A stretch of DNA of 33,590 nt from the IMG/VR virus record IMGVR_UViG_3300029932_000006. The stretch is one strand, 5' to 3'. Below, piece by piece: positions 21,418-31,037 of this stretch. A program made the position numbers and the translations under genes. The first letter of the stretch is position 1, and each line of letters begins with the position of its first letter. The notes beneath the pieces were generated by a model. That model did no database searches. It was given only the letters and a program-made list of their open reading frames with translations, and had not been told where the DNA came from. This stretch comes from a virus.

Positions 21418-21809
21418 ATGTTCGCTTGATTTCCCCTAACGATCTGAGACAATGGTGGGGATTCGTCAGACCAGGGCTTTTGAAGGTTCTTCAGAAGACC
21501 CCGGAGGGATGGATTCCCGAAGATGTCTATACAGACTGCTATAACGGGAAGTCCATGCTCTGGGTTGGACTGGATGACGCAAGGCCAGTCGGGTTCATGG
21601 TATTGCAACCCAGAGAGTCCTCGCTCCATGTGTGGTGCGCCTATCTGCAAGAGGTAGGTTTCTTTGAGGAAGGCTGGCAGCATCTCCTGAACATCGCCGA
21701 ACACGGTGACGCAAGACGGCTTACATTTGAGTCATGGCGACCTGGTTGGCAACGACAGGCTAAGAAACTTGGATTCAAGCCCAGATCGTGGGCATTGGAG
21801 GTTATATGA
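21414..21809 (+). CDS. GNAT-like acetyltransferase-fold protein (putative)
   Basis: 131 aa, ATGA-coupled on both sides. VGFMVLQP...LHVWCAYL...ARRLTFESWRPGWQRQAKKLGFKP fits the GNAT beta4-alpha3 / C-terminal pattern. I see no clean Q/RxxGxG/A motif. Confidence 0.4.
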   Translation: MNVRLISPNDLRQWWGFVRPGLLKVLQKTPEGWIPEDVYTDCYNGKSMLWVGLDDARPVGFMVLQPRESSLHVWCAYLQEVGFFEEGWQHLLNIAEHGDARRLTFESWRPGWQRQAKKLGFKPRSWALEVI

Positions 21810-22645
21810 GCGGTGGCGGCGGTTCTCAGACTACGACACAAGAGTTAGACCCCACAGTCAAGCCGTATGTGCAATATGGTTTGAGTGAGGCGCAGCGTCT
21901 ATACCAGACACAAACCCCGCAGTATTACCCTGGACAGACCTATGTCGGCCCGAGTACGCAAACACAATCTGCGCTTCAGGCCGCTCAACAACGGGCGGTG
22001 ATGGGTTCTCCCCTTCTGCCTGCTGCTCAAGCGCAGTCTTTGGCAACAATCCAAGGTCAATACCTCGGAGGCAATCCTTTCTTCCAAGGAGCCTTCCAGC
22101 CTGCAGCACAAGCGGCTCAACAACAATACTTTGATGCGCTTGGACAACTGAAGTCCCGAGCATCTCAAGCAGGCCGATATGGTTCTGGTGCGATGGTCAA
22201 CATGGAAGACCGCGCCCGAGGCCAATTCGCTCAGTCTCTGACTGATGCAGCATCTCGATTGGCATACCAGAACTACGAAGCAGAACGCGCTCGCCAACAG
22301 GCGATGCTCGGTGCTGCTCCTGGTCTGGCCGCTGCTGATTACGGTGACATTGAGCGTCTGATGCAAGCTGGTCAGGCGGCAGAGGGCTACCAACAAGCCG
22401 CGCTACAAGCAGACATCAACCGCTTCAACTTTCTTCAAGGACTCCCGCAGAACCAACTCAATCAGTATCTTGGCGCTGTGTATGGATCTCCGCGAGGTTC
22501 TGTCACAACTCAGCCGGTCTACCGCAACCCAGCTACCGGGGCATTGGGTGGCGCACTGGCTGGTGCCCAGTTGGGTAGCGTGATTCCTGGTGTTGGAACA
22601 GCTATCGGGGCTGGTGTTGGTGGACTGCTTGGACTGTTGGGGTAA
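21806..22645 (+). CDS. Internal virion / ejection protein (putative), Q/A-rich with a Gly-zipper C-terminus
   Basis: ATG 21806 follows GGAGG. The protein is 279 aa and ends GALGGALAGAQLGSVIPGVGTAIGAGVGGLLGLLG, which is membrane-active-like. Confidence 0.55.
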   Translation: MSGGGGSQTTTQELDPTVKPYVQYGLSEAQRLYQTQTPQYYPGQTYVGPSTQTQSALQAAQQRAVMGSPLLPAAQAQSLATIQGQYLGGNPFFQGAFQPAAQAAQQQYFDALGQLKSRASQAGRYGSGAMVNMEDRARGQFAQSLTDAASRLAYQNYEAERARQQAMLGAAPGLAAADYGDIERLMQAGQAAEGYQQAALQADINRFNFLQGLPQNQLNQYLGAVYGSPRGSVTTQPVYRNPATGALGGALAGAQLGSVIPGVGTAIGAGVGGLLGLLG

Positions 22646-22648
22646 ACC

Positions 22649-23908
22649 ATGAACGAACTCTTTGCACAGTTGTTCGGACAACAACCTTCATATGCCACGG
22701 CGCTTCTTGGTGAGGAAGAGGCTCGCCGCTTACAACAACAAGCTCAACAGCAGGGATTGTTAAACACGGGGCTTTCTCTCCTTGCCAGTTCTGGCCCATC
22801 GACTCAGCGCCGAGGCATTGGTCAGCTTCTCGCACAAGGCGTTCAAGCTGGTCAGCAGGCCTATCAGGGGGCGTATAACCGCGCCATTCAAGAGCAGGCA
22901 TTGAAAGAACAGATCCAAGAGCGTCAACAGCTGCGTCAAGAACAGATGGCCGCACAACAACTGCTGCCGCAGATTCTCCGTCCTGGCGCACAGACTCCGA
23001 CCTTCTATGGAAGGCCGACTCAAATGCCTCTGCGCGATGACGAAGGCAACATCATGCCTGGTGCTGGTGTGTCTGTTGGTCAGCCGCAGATTGACATGAA
23101 CACGCTTCAACAGCTTCTGACTCGTGCTCCGAGCGTGGCAGGTAAGGTTCTGCCGACTGTTGAGGCTTTCCGCAAGATGACGGCTCCAGAGGCTCCCGTG
23201 GTTGTTGGGGCTGAACAGGCTCTTGTGCGGCCATCTGGTGAGGTTGTTTTCCAAGGCAGGGGTAAACCTGAGAAGCCAACTAGCGATATTCAAGAATATC
23301 AAAAGGCTGTTGAGCAGGGCTTCAAGGGATCATTCCTTGATTACCAGACCCAACTGCGGCAGGCTGGCGCAACTCGTGTGAATGTTGATACCGCCGGTCA
23401 AGGTGAGTTTGCTAAGAAGGCGGGTGGGTTCGCTGCAGAAGGATTCCGAGACCTCTCAAATCAGGGTCAGAACGCAACTCGGTCAGCTATTCAGCTAGAT
23501 CGCTTGGATACGCTTTTGAAGCGCACTGGAAGTGGCCTTGCGACACAAGCCAAGGCTATTGCTGGAAACTTTGGTATTGAAACCAAGGGCTTGAGTGATA
23601 TTCAAGCGGTTGAGGCCATCGTTAACCAGTTGGTGCCACAACAGCGTCCTCCCGGCTCTGGAACGATGTCGGATGCTGACCTTGCTTTGTTCAAGAGATC
23701 TCTGCCTCGCCTGATTAACACCCCTGGCGGCAATCAGCAGATCATTGACACATTGAAGGCCATCAATCAGTACGATCAGCAGATCGGCGCGATTGCGAGA
23801 GAGGCCTTGCGTGGCCGCATCTCTCCAGAAGAAGCTGACGCTAGGATCAATCGTGTTGAGAATCCTCTACGCAGGACTCTGGATGACATTTTTGGGGGTG
23901 GCCGGTAA
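22649..23908 (+). CDS. Internal virion protein (putative)
   Basis: 419 aa and Q-rich. It is the second of three consecutive large genes between the nozzle and the fibre, as with T7-type core proteins. Confidence 0.5.
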   Translation: MNELFAQLFGQQPSYATALLGEEEARRLQQQAQQQGLLNTGLSLLASSGPSTQRRGIGQLLAQGVQAGQQAYQGAYNRAIQEQALKEQIQERQQLRQEQMAAQQLLPQILRPGAQTPTFYGRPTQMPLRDDEGNIMPGAGVSVGQPQIDMNTLQQLLTRAPSVAGKVLPTVEAFRKMTAPEAPVVVGAEQALVRPSGEVVFQGRGKPEKPTSDIQEYQKAVEQGFKGSFLDYQTQLRQAGATRVNVDTAGQGEFAKKAGGFAAEGFRDLSNQGQNATRSAIQLDRLDTLLKRTGSGLATQAKAIAGNFGIETKGLSDIQAVEAIVNQLVPQQRPPGSGTMSDADLALFKRSLPRLINTPGGNQQIIDTLKAINQYDQQIGAIAREALRGRISPEEADARINRVENPLRRTLDDIFGGGR

Positions 23909-25878
23909 TGAGCAAACTCGAAGAGGCTCGCGCAGCTGGTTATTCTGATGACGAGATCAGGGCTTATTTCCTGTCTCGCAATTTGGCGCTTCCTAAAGAA
24001 CTAGAAGTTAAGGAAGAGCAGGTAACTGGTGCTCAGTTGCCTAAAGCCATTCGGATGGGAATGACTGCGCTCCAAGGCCCGACCTTTGGATTTGGCGAAG
24101 AGATCACATCTGCGATTGCTGCGCCGATCATGCGTAGGCCTGGAGAGACTCTTGGCGAGTCTTATGGCCGCATTCGAGACATCCAACGCGCTGGCATTCA
24201 GGCTTATCAAGAAGAGCAGCCGATTGGCTCAATGCTTCTTCAGACTGCTGCATCCCTTCCTGTTGGGCGAATCCTCCCGGCAGCGGGGCAGGGAATCCGT
24301 GGCGCAGTAGTGAGCGGTGGCGTTACAGGCGGCATTGGTGGCGCTGGAGAAGCTCCAAGCATGGCCGACATTCCCGGCGAGATGATCCAGTCTGCCGTGG
24401 CTGGTGCTGGTCTTGGTGGGGCTGTAGAGCAAACCCGCAAGATGGTTGCTCCTGTTGTCAGCACTGCAGCCACTCGAGCCGCCGGGATGGTTCCTGGCGT
24501 GATTCAGGATCTCGTTAGTGCGACCCCAGCCGACTATGCTCGGCGGCGCATTGCTCAGGCGATGATCCGTGATGGGGCCACTACCGAGCAAGTCCAAGCC
24601 CGTCTTTCCAAGTTGGGTGATGAGGCTGTTATCGCTGAGGCAGCAGGAAAGAACCTCAGTGATCTTTTGGACACGATGGCGACCCTTCCTGGCCGCACTA
24701 GGAACCTCACAGAACGCCTTATTCAGAGCAGACAAGCCACTCGAGGCGGCAGGATAGAAGAAGCCTCCAGGCGCGCTCTTGGGGTTGGTGACGAAGGTCT
24801 CGGGGCTACGGTTCGGGGATTGATTGAGCGGCGATCTGCCGAATCTGCTCCTTTCTACCAACAGGTAGACCGGATGGTTGTCAATGCAGACGATGATCTT
24901 GCCGGGATATTGAACTCAGCCAAAGAACTTGGTGCTTTCAGCATGGCTGGAAGGATTGCCAAGGCAGAGCAAAGGCCATTCACACTAAAGAAGATTGAGC
25001 CTGGCTCAGAAGCCTCAATGGTTGATCTGAACTATGTAAAGCAAGGTTTGGATCAGCTTTTGACCAGTAGGCAAGCGGTGAATGAGCGTGGTCAGATGAC
25101 CCCGTTTGGCCGGTCTTTGGTTGGTCTTCAGAATCGGCTTTTGTCAAAGCTGGATGAGGCCACTATTGATCCAAATACGGGCCAATCACTTTATGCCCAA
25201 GCGCGTAATGCTTACGCTGGTCCATCTCGAATGATTGAAGCGGCAGAGTTTGGCCGCACCGTGCTTAATCGCACTCCAGATCAGATCCGCGATCAGCTTA
25301 GTCGCATGGGTGAATCTGAGCTTCAGTCCTTCCGAGTTGGTGCTCAAGAGAATCTCAAGATGATGGCTGGAACCCGCGCTGGGCAGAACAAACTGCTCAA
25401 TATGTGGGTTGAGTCCGATACGCGAGATAAGCTAAAGGAAATCTTCCCAAGCGAGAGGGCTTACCGTGAGTTTGTCTCTCGAGTCACCGCAGAGCGCAAG
25501 ATGAAGGAGATTGAGGCTACTGGTCGAGGATCTCAGACCGCATCAAGAGAAGCCCGGATGGAGGATGTTGCTGCCTCTCAGCTTCAGGATACGGTAAATC
25601 TTGCTGCAGCTGCGAAGTCAATGGACATCGGCAGCCTGATGAATATGTTGACTACTGGAATGCGTAGGACTGCGGTTCCTGAGCCTGTTCGTGATGAGAT
25701 CGGGCGAATCCTATTGAGTCGCGCACAAAGTGGTGATGAAATCCGAATGATCCGAGAGGCTTTGGAAAGAATGCGCCGACAACAGCAAGTTGCTCCCGCC
25801 ACAAGTGGTGTGGTTGGTGGTCAGTTCCAATCAGTCGCCGATCCGTTTATCGAGTCTCTCAAGTCTTTGCTGGACTAA
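23908..25878 (+). CDS. Internal virion protein (putative, largest)
   Basis: 656 aa with a TAATG overlap to the upstream gene. I recognised no lytic transglycosylase motif. Confidence 0.5.
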   Translation: MSKLEEARAAGYSDDEIRAYFLSRNLALPKELEVKEEQVTGAQLPKAIRMGMTALQGPTFGFGEEITSAIAAPIMRRPGETLGESYGRIRDIQRAGIQAYQEEQPIGSMLLQTAASLPVGRILPAAGQGIRGAVVSGGVTGGIGGAGEAPSMADIPGEMIQSAVAGAGLGGAVEQTRKMVAPVVSTAATRAAGMVPGVIQDLVSATPADYARRRIAQAMIRDGATTEQVQARLSKLGDEAVIAEAAGKNLSDLLDTMATLPGRTRNLTERLIQSRQATRGGRIEEASRRALGVGDEGLGATVRGLIERRSAESAPFYQQVDRMVVNADDDLAGILNSAKELGAFSMAGRIAKAEQRPFTLKKIEPGSEASMVDLNYVKQGLDQLLTSRQAVNERGQMTPFGRSLVGLQNRLLSKLDEATIDPNTGQSLYAQARNAYAGPSRMIEAAEFGRTVLNRTPDQIRDQLSRMGESELQSFRVGAQENLKMMAGTRAGQNKLLNMWVESDTRDKLKEIFPSERAYREFVSRVTAERKMKEIEATGRGSQTASREARMEDVAASQLQDTVNLAAAAKSMDIGSLMNMLTTGMRRTAVPEPVRDEIGRILLSRAQSGDEIRMIREALERMRRQQQVAPATSGVVGGQFQSVADPFIESLKSLLD

Positions 25879-25888
25879 GGAATAAATC

Positions 25889-27772
25889 ATGCCCCGTACC
25901 AAAATCTCCGAGTTTTCAGCAACCGCTGGTAATAACACGGATATTGATGGCATCAACATCGCAGAAGGTTGCCCTCCTTCTGGTATCAACGATGCAATTC
26001 GGGAGTTGATGGCGCAGCTCAAAGACTTCCAAACCGGAAGTGCTGGAGACTCTTTCAACGGCCCAATCGGATCTGTCACCCCTGCGGCGGGTGCGTTTAC
26101 GACTCTTTCGGCATCTTCCACGACCACTCTGTCTGGGCTGACCGCTTCGACTGCGCTAGCGTTAGATGCTAGCAAGAACATCGTTTCAGTCACGAATACT
26201 GGAACCGGAAACAATGTCCTGGCGACAAGCCCGACCCTGGTAACGCCGATCCTTGGAACGCCGACCTCTGTCACGCTGACAAACGCGACAGGGCTTCCCC
26301 TCTCGACTGGTGTAACTGGAACCCTTCCGGTAGCAAACGGTGGAACGGGTCAGACAACGGCCAATGCTGCGTTTAACGCTCTTGCACCGTCTCAGACCTC
26401 CAACTCTGGGAAATACCTCAAGACAGACGGGACGAACGCATCCTGGGATGCTTTGGACATTTCCACGGCAGATATCACCGGAACGCTTCCAATTGCAAAC
26501 GGTGGCACGAACGCCACCACAGCCTCTGGTGCCCGTACAAGCCTTGGTCTGGGGACTATCGCCACTCAGGACGCATCCAGCGTAGCGATCACTGGTGGGT
26601 CGATCACGGGGATTACGGACCTTGCTGTTGCCGATGGTGGCACGGGAGCTTCTACGGCTGCTGATGCTCGCACAAACCTCGGCGCTGCGGCTTCTGCTAC
26701 GACCCTCACCGCTGGAACGGGTTTGAGTGGCGGTGGAGACCTGAGTGCAAACCGCACTTTCAGCTTGGCGAACACCGCTGTAACTGCTGGCTCTTACGGG
26801 TCTGCCTCTGCGGTTGCAACCTTCACGGTTGACGCTCAAGGCCGACTGACTGCAGCGGGGAACACGAATATCTCCATCTCCAACTCGGCTGTGTCGGGCC
26901 TGGGCACGATGTCCACTCAGAACGCCTCGAGCGTGTCTATTACTGGTGGGTCAATCACCGGGATCACCGACCTGGCCGTGGCAGACGGTGGAACTGGTTT
27001 GTCCTCTGGAACCTCGGGCGGGGTGCTTTACTTCTCCGCGACAAACACGCTCGCCTCTTCTGGAGCTTTGGCGGCTAATGCCTTGGTGATCGGTGGCGGG
27101 GCTGGTGTGGCTCCTTCAACCACAACCACGGGAACGGGTGTTCTGACTGCTTTGGGCGTGAACACCGGAAGTGCTGGTGCTTTCGTTGTCAATGGCGGCG
27201 CTCTTGGAACTCCCTCATCTGGAACCCTGACAAACGCCACTGGATTGCCTCTTTCCACGGGTGTTACGGGGACTCTGCCTGTTGCCAATGGTGGAACGGG
27301 TTCTTCCTCAACCCCGACTAACGGTCAGTTGCTGATTGGTAACGGAACTGGATTCAGCCTTGCTGCTCTGACCGCAGGATCGAATGTAACGATCACCAAC
27401 AGTGCTGGTGGGATCACGATTGCAGCCACAGGTGGTGGTAGTGGTTCTCCTGGTGGCTCAAACACGCAACTGCAATACAACAACTCTGGCGCGTTTGCTG
27501 GTGCCTCCGGTCTGGTTACTGACGGAACCAATCTGACGCTGAACGGACAAGCTGATCTGCGGTTTGCTGATTCTGATTCATCGAACTGGGTGGCATTCCA
27601 AGCCCCTGCAACGATCTCCACGAACATCACCTGGACTCTGCCGAGCGCAGACGGTACCAACGGACAAGTCCTTCAGACGGACGGCAGCGGCACTCTTAGC
27701 TGGGCCTCTGGTGGCGGGGGTGGAATCTCTGCTGGTAAATCTATTGCATTCGCCCTCGTTTTCGGCGGCTAA
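25889..27772 (+). CDS. Tail fibre protein
   Basis: 627 aa. The N-terminal [42 protein letters not shown] is typical of fibre anchoring domains. The body is G/T/S/A-rich with recurring [12 protein letters not shown] and [20 protein letters not shown] units. Confidence 0.8.
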   Translation: MPRTKISEFSATAGNNTDIDGINIAEGCPPSGINDAIRELMAQLKDFQTGSAGDSFNGPIGSVTPAAGAFTTLSASSTTTLSGLTASTALALDASKNIVSVTNTGTGNNVLATSPTLVTPILGTPTSVTLTNATGLPLSTGVTGTLPVANGGTGQTTANAAFNALAPSQTSNSGKYLKTDGTNASWDALDISTADITGTLPIANGGTNATTASGARTSLGLGTIATQDASSVAITGGSITGITDLAVADGGTGASTAADARTNLGAAASATTLTAGTGLSGGGDLSANRTFSLANTAVTAGSYGSASAVATFTVDAQGRLTAAGNTNISISNSAVSGLGTMSTQNASSVSITGGSITGITDLAVADGGTGLSSGTSGGVLYFSATNTLASSGALAANALVIGGGAGVAPSTTTTGTGVLTALGVNTGSAGAFVVNGGALGTPSSGTLTNATGLPLSTGVTGTLPVANGGTGSSSTPTNGQLLIGNGTGFSLAALTAGSNVTITNSAGGITIAATGGGSGSPGGSNTQLQYNNSGAFAGASGLVTDGTNLTLNGQADLRFADSDSSNWVAFQAPATISTNITWTLPSADGTNGQVLQTDGSGTLSWASGGGGGISAGKSIAFALVFGG

Positions 27773-27790
27773 ACAGGAAAGGAATCCATC

Positions 27791-28144
27791 ATGGCAGCCC
27801 CTAATATCGTTAATGTCAGCACAATCACTGGCAAGACCGCTGTTCAAGCAGTTGGAACTTCAGCCACGGCGATTGTGACCAACTCCGCAGCCAGCGGTAA
27901 GGTTTTCAAGATCAATGCTTTGTATGTGTCCAATGTGGATGGCACTAACAACGCAGAGGTCAATGTCGATTTGTTCCGAAGCTCTACGGCATACCACATT
28001 GCCAAGACGGTAGTGGTTCCTGCTGATGCTTCGCTGGATGTGCTGTCAAAGCCCATCTATCTTGAGGAAGGTGACTCGCTTCGGTTGACTGCCAATGCGG
28101 CATCTGACATCGAAGCTGTTTGCTCGTACGAGGAGATTTCCTGA
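27791..28144 (+). CDS. Conserved small beta-rich protein (117 aa) coupled to the glycine-rich protein
   Basis: Track ORF with AGGAAAGGAA upstream. Its stop overlaps the next start (TGATG). Confidence 0.65.
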   Translation: MAAPNIVNVSTITGKTAVQAVGTSATAIVTNSAASGKVFKINALYVSNVDGTNNAEVNVDLFRSSTAYHIAKTVVVPADASLDVLSKPIYLEEGDSLRLTANAASDIEAVCSYEEIS

Positions 28145-29838
28145 TGCAGCGCGGTAACGGTGCCGTAATCGGCAAACAGAATACGCCGACAACGAGTGTC
28201 GCTACCGGCGTATGGGCACTCAATGAGGTGCAAAGGGCTGTGCTGGGGTCTATTTGGCCTCGCCTTCAGCTCACTATCGTGCAGACCTTCACTTCGTCTG
28301 GCACTTGGACTTGCCCTGCTGGGGTCACTGAAGTCGAGTATCTGGTTGTTGCTGGTGGTGGTGGTGGCGCTATTTGGGGTGGCGGTGGTGGAGCAGGAGG
28401 CTTTCGCACCGGAACTGGTTTTGCCGTAACCGCAGGAACTGATTACACGATCACTGTTGGCGCTGGTGGTGGCGCTGGCGCATCAGATGGCCCTGATGGG
28501 TCAAATGGTAGCAACTCGGTGTTCTCAACAATCACTGCTGCTGGTGGTGGCGGTGGTGGTGGCTCAACAAACGCAACCGCGCCTTCTGGCGGTTCTGGAG
28601 GCGGTGGTCGGCGTGACAACCCAAGCACAGGCGGCTCTGGAAATACACCATCAACCTCTCCCGCCCAGGGAAGTAACGGTGGTAATGGCTTTAACAATGG
28701 CACAGTAATCGCTGGGGGCGGCGGTGGTGGTGCTAGTGCAGCAGGTGGCAATGGTGCATCTCCTGCTGGCGCTGGCGCTGGTGGAAATGGAACCGCCTCA
28801 ACCATTACTGGGGCATCAGTCACCTACGCTGGCGGCGGTGGTGGCGGTGAAACACAAAACGATGGTACTGCGGCAGCCGGTGGCACTGGCGGTGGCGGTG
28901 CCGGTGGATATGGAACCGCGCCCAGCACTGCCGTGGCTGGTGTTGCCGGGACTGCAAACACTGGCGGGGGCGGTGGAGGCGGCGGCCGCTTCCAAGGCGG
29001 CGGCTTCCCACTGAGTGCAGCAGGAGCAGGCGGCTCCGGCATCGTCATCCTGAAGTACAACGTTCCATCACAAACCGTATTCACCTTCAAGTCATCGACC
29101 AAGTGGACTTGCCCCACGGGTGTGAGTTCGGTGGATTACCTTGTTGTTGGCGGTGGTGGCGCTGGTGGCGGCAGCAATAATGCGGGCGGGGGTGGCGCAG
29201 GTGGTTTCCGCACTGGCACAGGATTAAGTGTTACCGCAGGCACCGAATACACCGTCACTGTTGGAGCTGGTGGCGCAGGAAGTACAAACGCTTCAGTTGG
29301 AGCTAGCGGATCAAATTCGGTTTTTAGCACGATCACCTCTGCTGGTGGTGGTGGCGGCGGAGCAGGAGGCGGAAGCCCAAATGCCAATGGCGCGAACGGA
29401 GGTTCTGGCGGGGGTGCTGGTTTCGACTCAACCACATTTGGAAACGGAAACACACCCAGCGTTTCTCCTTCACAAGGCAGTAATGGCGGACAAGGCGCAA
29501 ATAGTGCCCCAGGTTATGGCGCTGGTGGTGGTGGCGGTGCGTCTGCTGTTGGTGCGAATGGAGCATCAACAGGAGGTGGAAATGGTGGTAATGGAACCGC
29601 ATCGTCTATTTCTGGCTCCAGCGTAAGTTACGCTGGCGGGGGCGGCGGTGGATCAAATGCAACCCCTGCATCAACAGGTGGATCTGGCGGCGGTGGTGCT
29701 GGTGCTGTAGTAAACGCTTCTACTGCAGCCAATGGAACAGCAAACACCGGCGGCGGCGGTGGAGGGGCAACATCTGGCGCCGGACGGACAACAGGCGGCT
29801 CCGGCGGCTCCGGCATCGTAATCATCAAGCTGAACTAA
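28144..29838 (+). CDS. Glycine-rich repeat protein (putative fibre or adhesin), internally duplicated
   Basis: ATG 28144, 564 aa. It has two tandem units, each with W-T-C-P-x-G-V...Y-L-V-V-(A/G)-G-G-G, then GGGGAGGFRTGTG, TVGAGG, GSNSVFSTIT and GGSGIVI. Confidence 0.8.
   Translation: MQRGNGAVIGKQNTPTTSVATGVWALNEVQRAVLGSIWPRLQLTIVQTFTSSGTWTCPAGVTEVEYLVVAGGGGGAIWGGGGGAGGFRTGTGFAVTAGTDYTITVGAGGGAGASDGPDGSNGSNSVFSTITAAGGGGGGGSTNATAPSGGSGGGGRRDNPSTGGSGNTPSTSPAQGSNGGNGFNNGTVIAGGGGGGASAAGGNGASPAGAGAGGNGTASTITGASVTYAGGGGGGETQNDGTAAAGGTGGGGAGGYGTAPSTAVAGVAGTANTGGGGGGGGRFQGGGFPLSAAGAGGSGIVILKYNVPSQTVFTFKSSTKWTCPTGVSSVDYLVVGGGGAGGGSNNAGGGGAGGFRTGTGLSVTAGTEYTVTVGAGGAGSTNASVGASGSNSVFSTITSAGGGGGGAGGGSPNANGANGGSGGGAGFDSTTFGNGNTPSVSPSQGSNGGQGANSAPGYGAGGGGGASAVGANGASTGGGNGGNGTASSISGSSVSYAGGGGGGSNATPASTGGSGGGGAGAVVNASTAANGTANTGGGGGGATSGAGRTTGGSGGSGIVIIKLN
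28288..29835 (+). repeat. In-frame tandem duplication of a ~250-266-aa glycine-rich module (28288..29085 and 29086..29835)
   Basis: The motif order is collinear in both halves. The copies are diverged, so the duplication is not recent. Confidence 0.8.
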
Positions 29839-29840
29839 CT

Positions 29841-30086
29841 ATGAAGATTTACCAACTCTACGGCATCGACACTGCAATGCACCTGCTGCGCCCTGGCGCG
29901 AAGTGGGAGATCAGCAACACAATGATTACTCGGTGGGAAGATCCTCGGCCATGCCCTACATGGGAGGAGCTGATGGAAACGATGGAGAAGATCAAGTCTT
30001 TTGAGGACTCCATCAATACCATCTTTACTGAGGATCAGATCGAGAAGATCACCGGCTTGCAGAAGCAGATTGAGGAAGTTGCATGA
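29841..30086 (+). CDS. Hypothetical protein (81 aa), XkdW-like pattern
   Basis: Track ORF. LLRPGAKWEISN...WEDPRPCPTWEEL resembles the XkdW-type small phage proteins, from memory. Confidence 0.55.
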   Translation: MKIYQLYGIDTAMHLLRPGAKWEISNTMITRWEDPRPCPTWEELMETMEKIKSFEDSINTIFTEDQIEKITGLQKQIEEVA

Positions 30087-30685
30087 ATATGCACCACCTC
30101 TTTCCTGTCCCGATTGGAATGTTCGACTTAGGCAGGTCGCTGTCTGAGGAAGAGCATTCCTTTATCTTGGGCCAAGACACCCGTCCTAATCAGGGGAACA
30201 CCACCAGTGCAAACCATTTTGTTTTGCGCGATCAGGTGATGACTCCCCTGCGTGGATGGGTGGAGGACTGTGTTGCTGAATACTTCAAAGCCACGACCAA
30301 CCCGAAACATGATGTGAACTTGCGGGTGACGCAATCATGGTTTAACTACTCCAAGCAAGGACAGTTTCACCATAAGCACGCTCACCCAAACTCTTTTATT
30401 TCTGGCGTGTTCTACGCTCAAACCAATCCAAACGACAGGATATATTTCCATCGCTCGGGCTGGCAACAGATCAAGTTTCCTCCTGATAGTTGGAACCTGT
30501 ATAACTCTGAATCTTGGTGGTTTGAGGCTACTGCTGGAAGGCTGATTCTTTTCCCTTCTTCGCTTGAGCACAATGTTCCACCTGTAGAGGGTGAAAACAC
30601 AAGAATCTCGATGTCGTTCAACACCTTCCCTGTGGGGTATGTTGGCGATGAAATGGAACTTACTGGATTGAAACTGGAGGCTTAA
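30083..30685 (+). CDS. 2OG-Fe(II) oxygenase family protein (PF13759-like)
   Basis: 200 aa. It has HKHAHPNSFISGVFYAQ and GRLILFPSSLEHNVPPVEGENTRISMSFN, the H-x-H...H facial triad region of the phage/cyanobacterial 2OG-FeII_Oxy_5 group. Confidence 0.75.
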   Translation: MNMHHLFPVPIGMFDLGRSLSEEEHSFILGQDTRPNQGNTTSANHFVLRDQVMTPLRGWVEDCVAEYFKATTNPKHDVNLRVTQSWFNYSKQGQFHHKHAHPNSFISGVFYAQTNPNDRIYFHRSGWQQIKFPPDSWNLYNSESWWFEATAGRLILFPSSLEHNVPPVEGENTRISMSFNTFPVGYVGDEMELTGLKLEA

Positions 30686-31021
30686 ATGGCTCACTACGCA
30701 CAGATTGACGCAGACGGCACCGTGTTGCGTGTTGTCGTGATTGACAACAAAGACTGCTCTGATGCCTTTGGTGTTGAGAAGGAGCACATCGGCGCGGCTT
30801 TCTGCGAGTCGCTGTTCGGTGGAACTTGGAAGCAAACTTCCTACAACGGACGGATTCGCAAGAACTACGCAGGCATTGGATACACTTTTGATGCCCAGCG
30901 CGATGCTTTCATTCCTCCGAAGCCTCCTGGGAATTACAGCTTGAATGAATCAACCTGCCAGTGGGAAAACAATGATCCAGTAGAGCCGACCATCAATATG
31001 GCCTCTGCAGCACCGGCATAA
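30686..31021 (+). CDS. Conserved phage hypothetical protein (111 aa)
   Basis: GGAGG lies 6 nt upstream. MAHYAQIDADGTVLRVVVI...FGGTWKQTSYNGRIRKNYAGIGYTFDAQRDAFIPPKP is a motif set I recall from many aquatic phages. Confidence 0.65.
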   Translation: MAHYAQIDADGTVLRVVVIDNKDCSDAFGVEKEHIGAAFCESLFGGTWKQTSYNGRIRKNYAGIGYTFDAQRDAFIPPKPPGNYSLNESTCQWENNDPVEPTINMASAAPA

Positions 31022-31037
31022 GTTCTCGAGGTGAGAA

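Noticed and set aside
24229-24861. 210-aa reverse ORF, plus 26186..26839 and 22760..23302 on the minus strand
   Set aside because: All are embedded antisense in long plus-strand virion genes within a unidirectional, tightly coupled operon. They show no independent signals.
28443-29828. Series of proline-rich reverse-strand ORFs (28443..28823, 28824..29117, 29136..29453, 29628..29828)
   Set aside because: They are the complement of GGN glycine codons (NCC gives Pro/Ala) in the glycine-rich gene. They are fragmented, and the forward frame is one uninterrupted 564-codon ORF with structured repeats.
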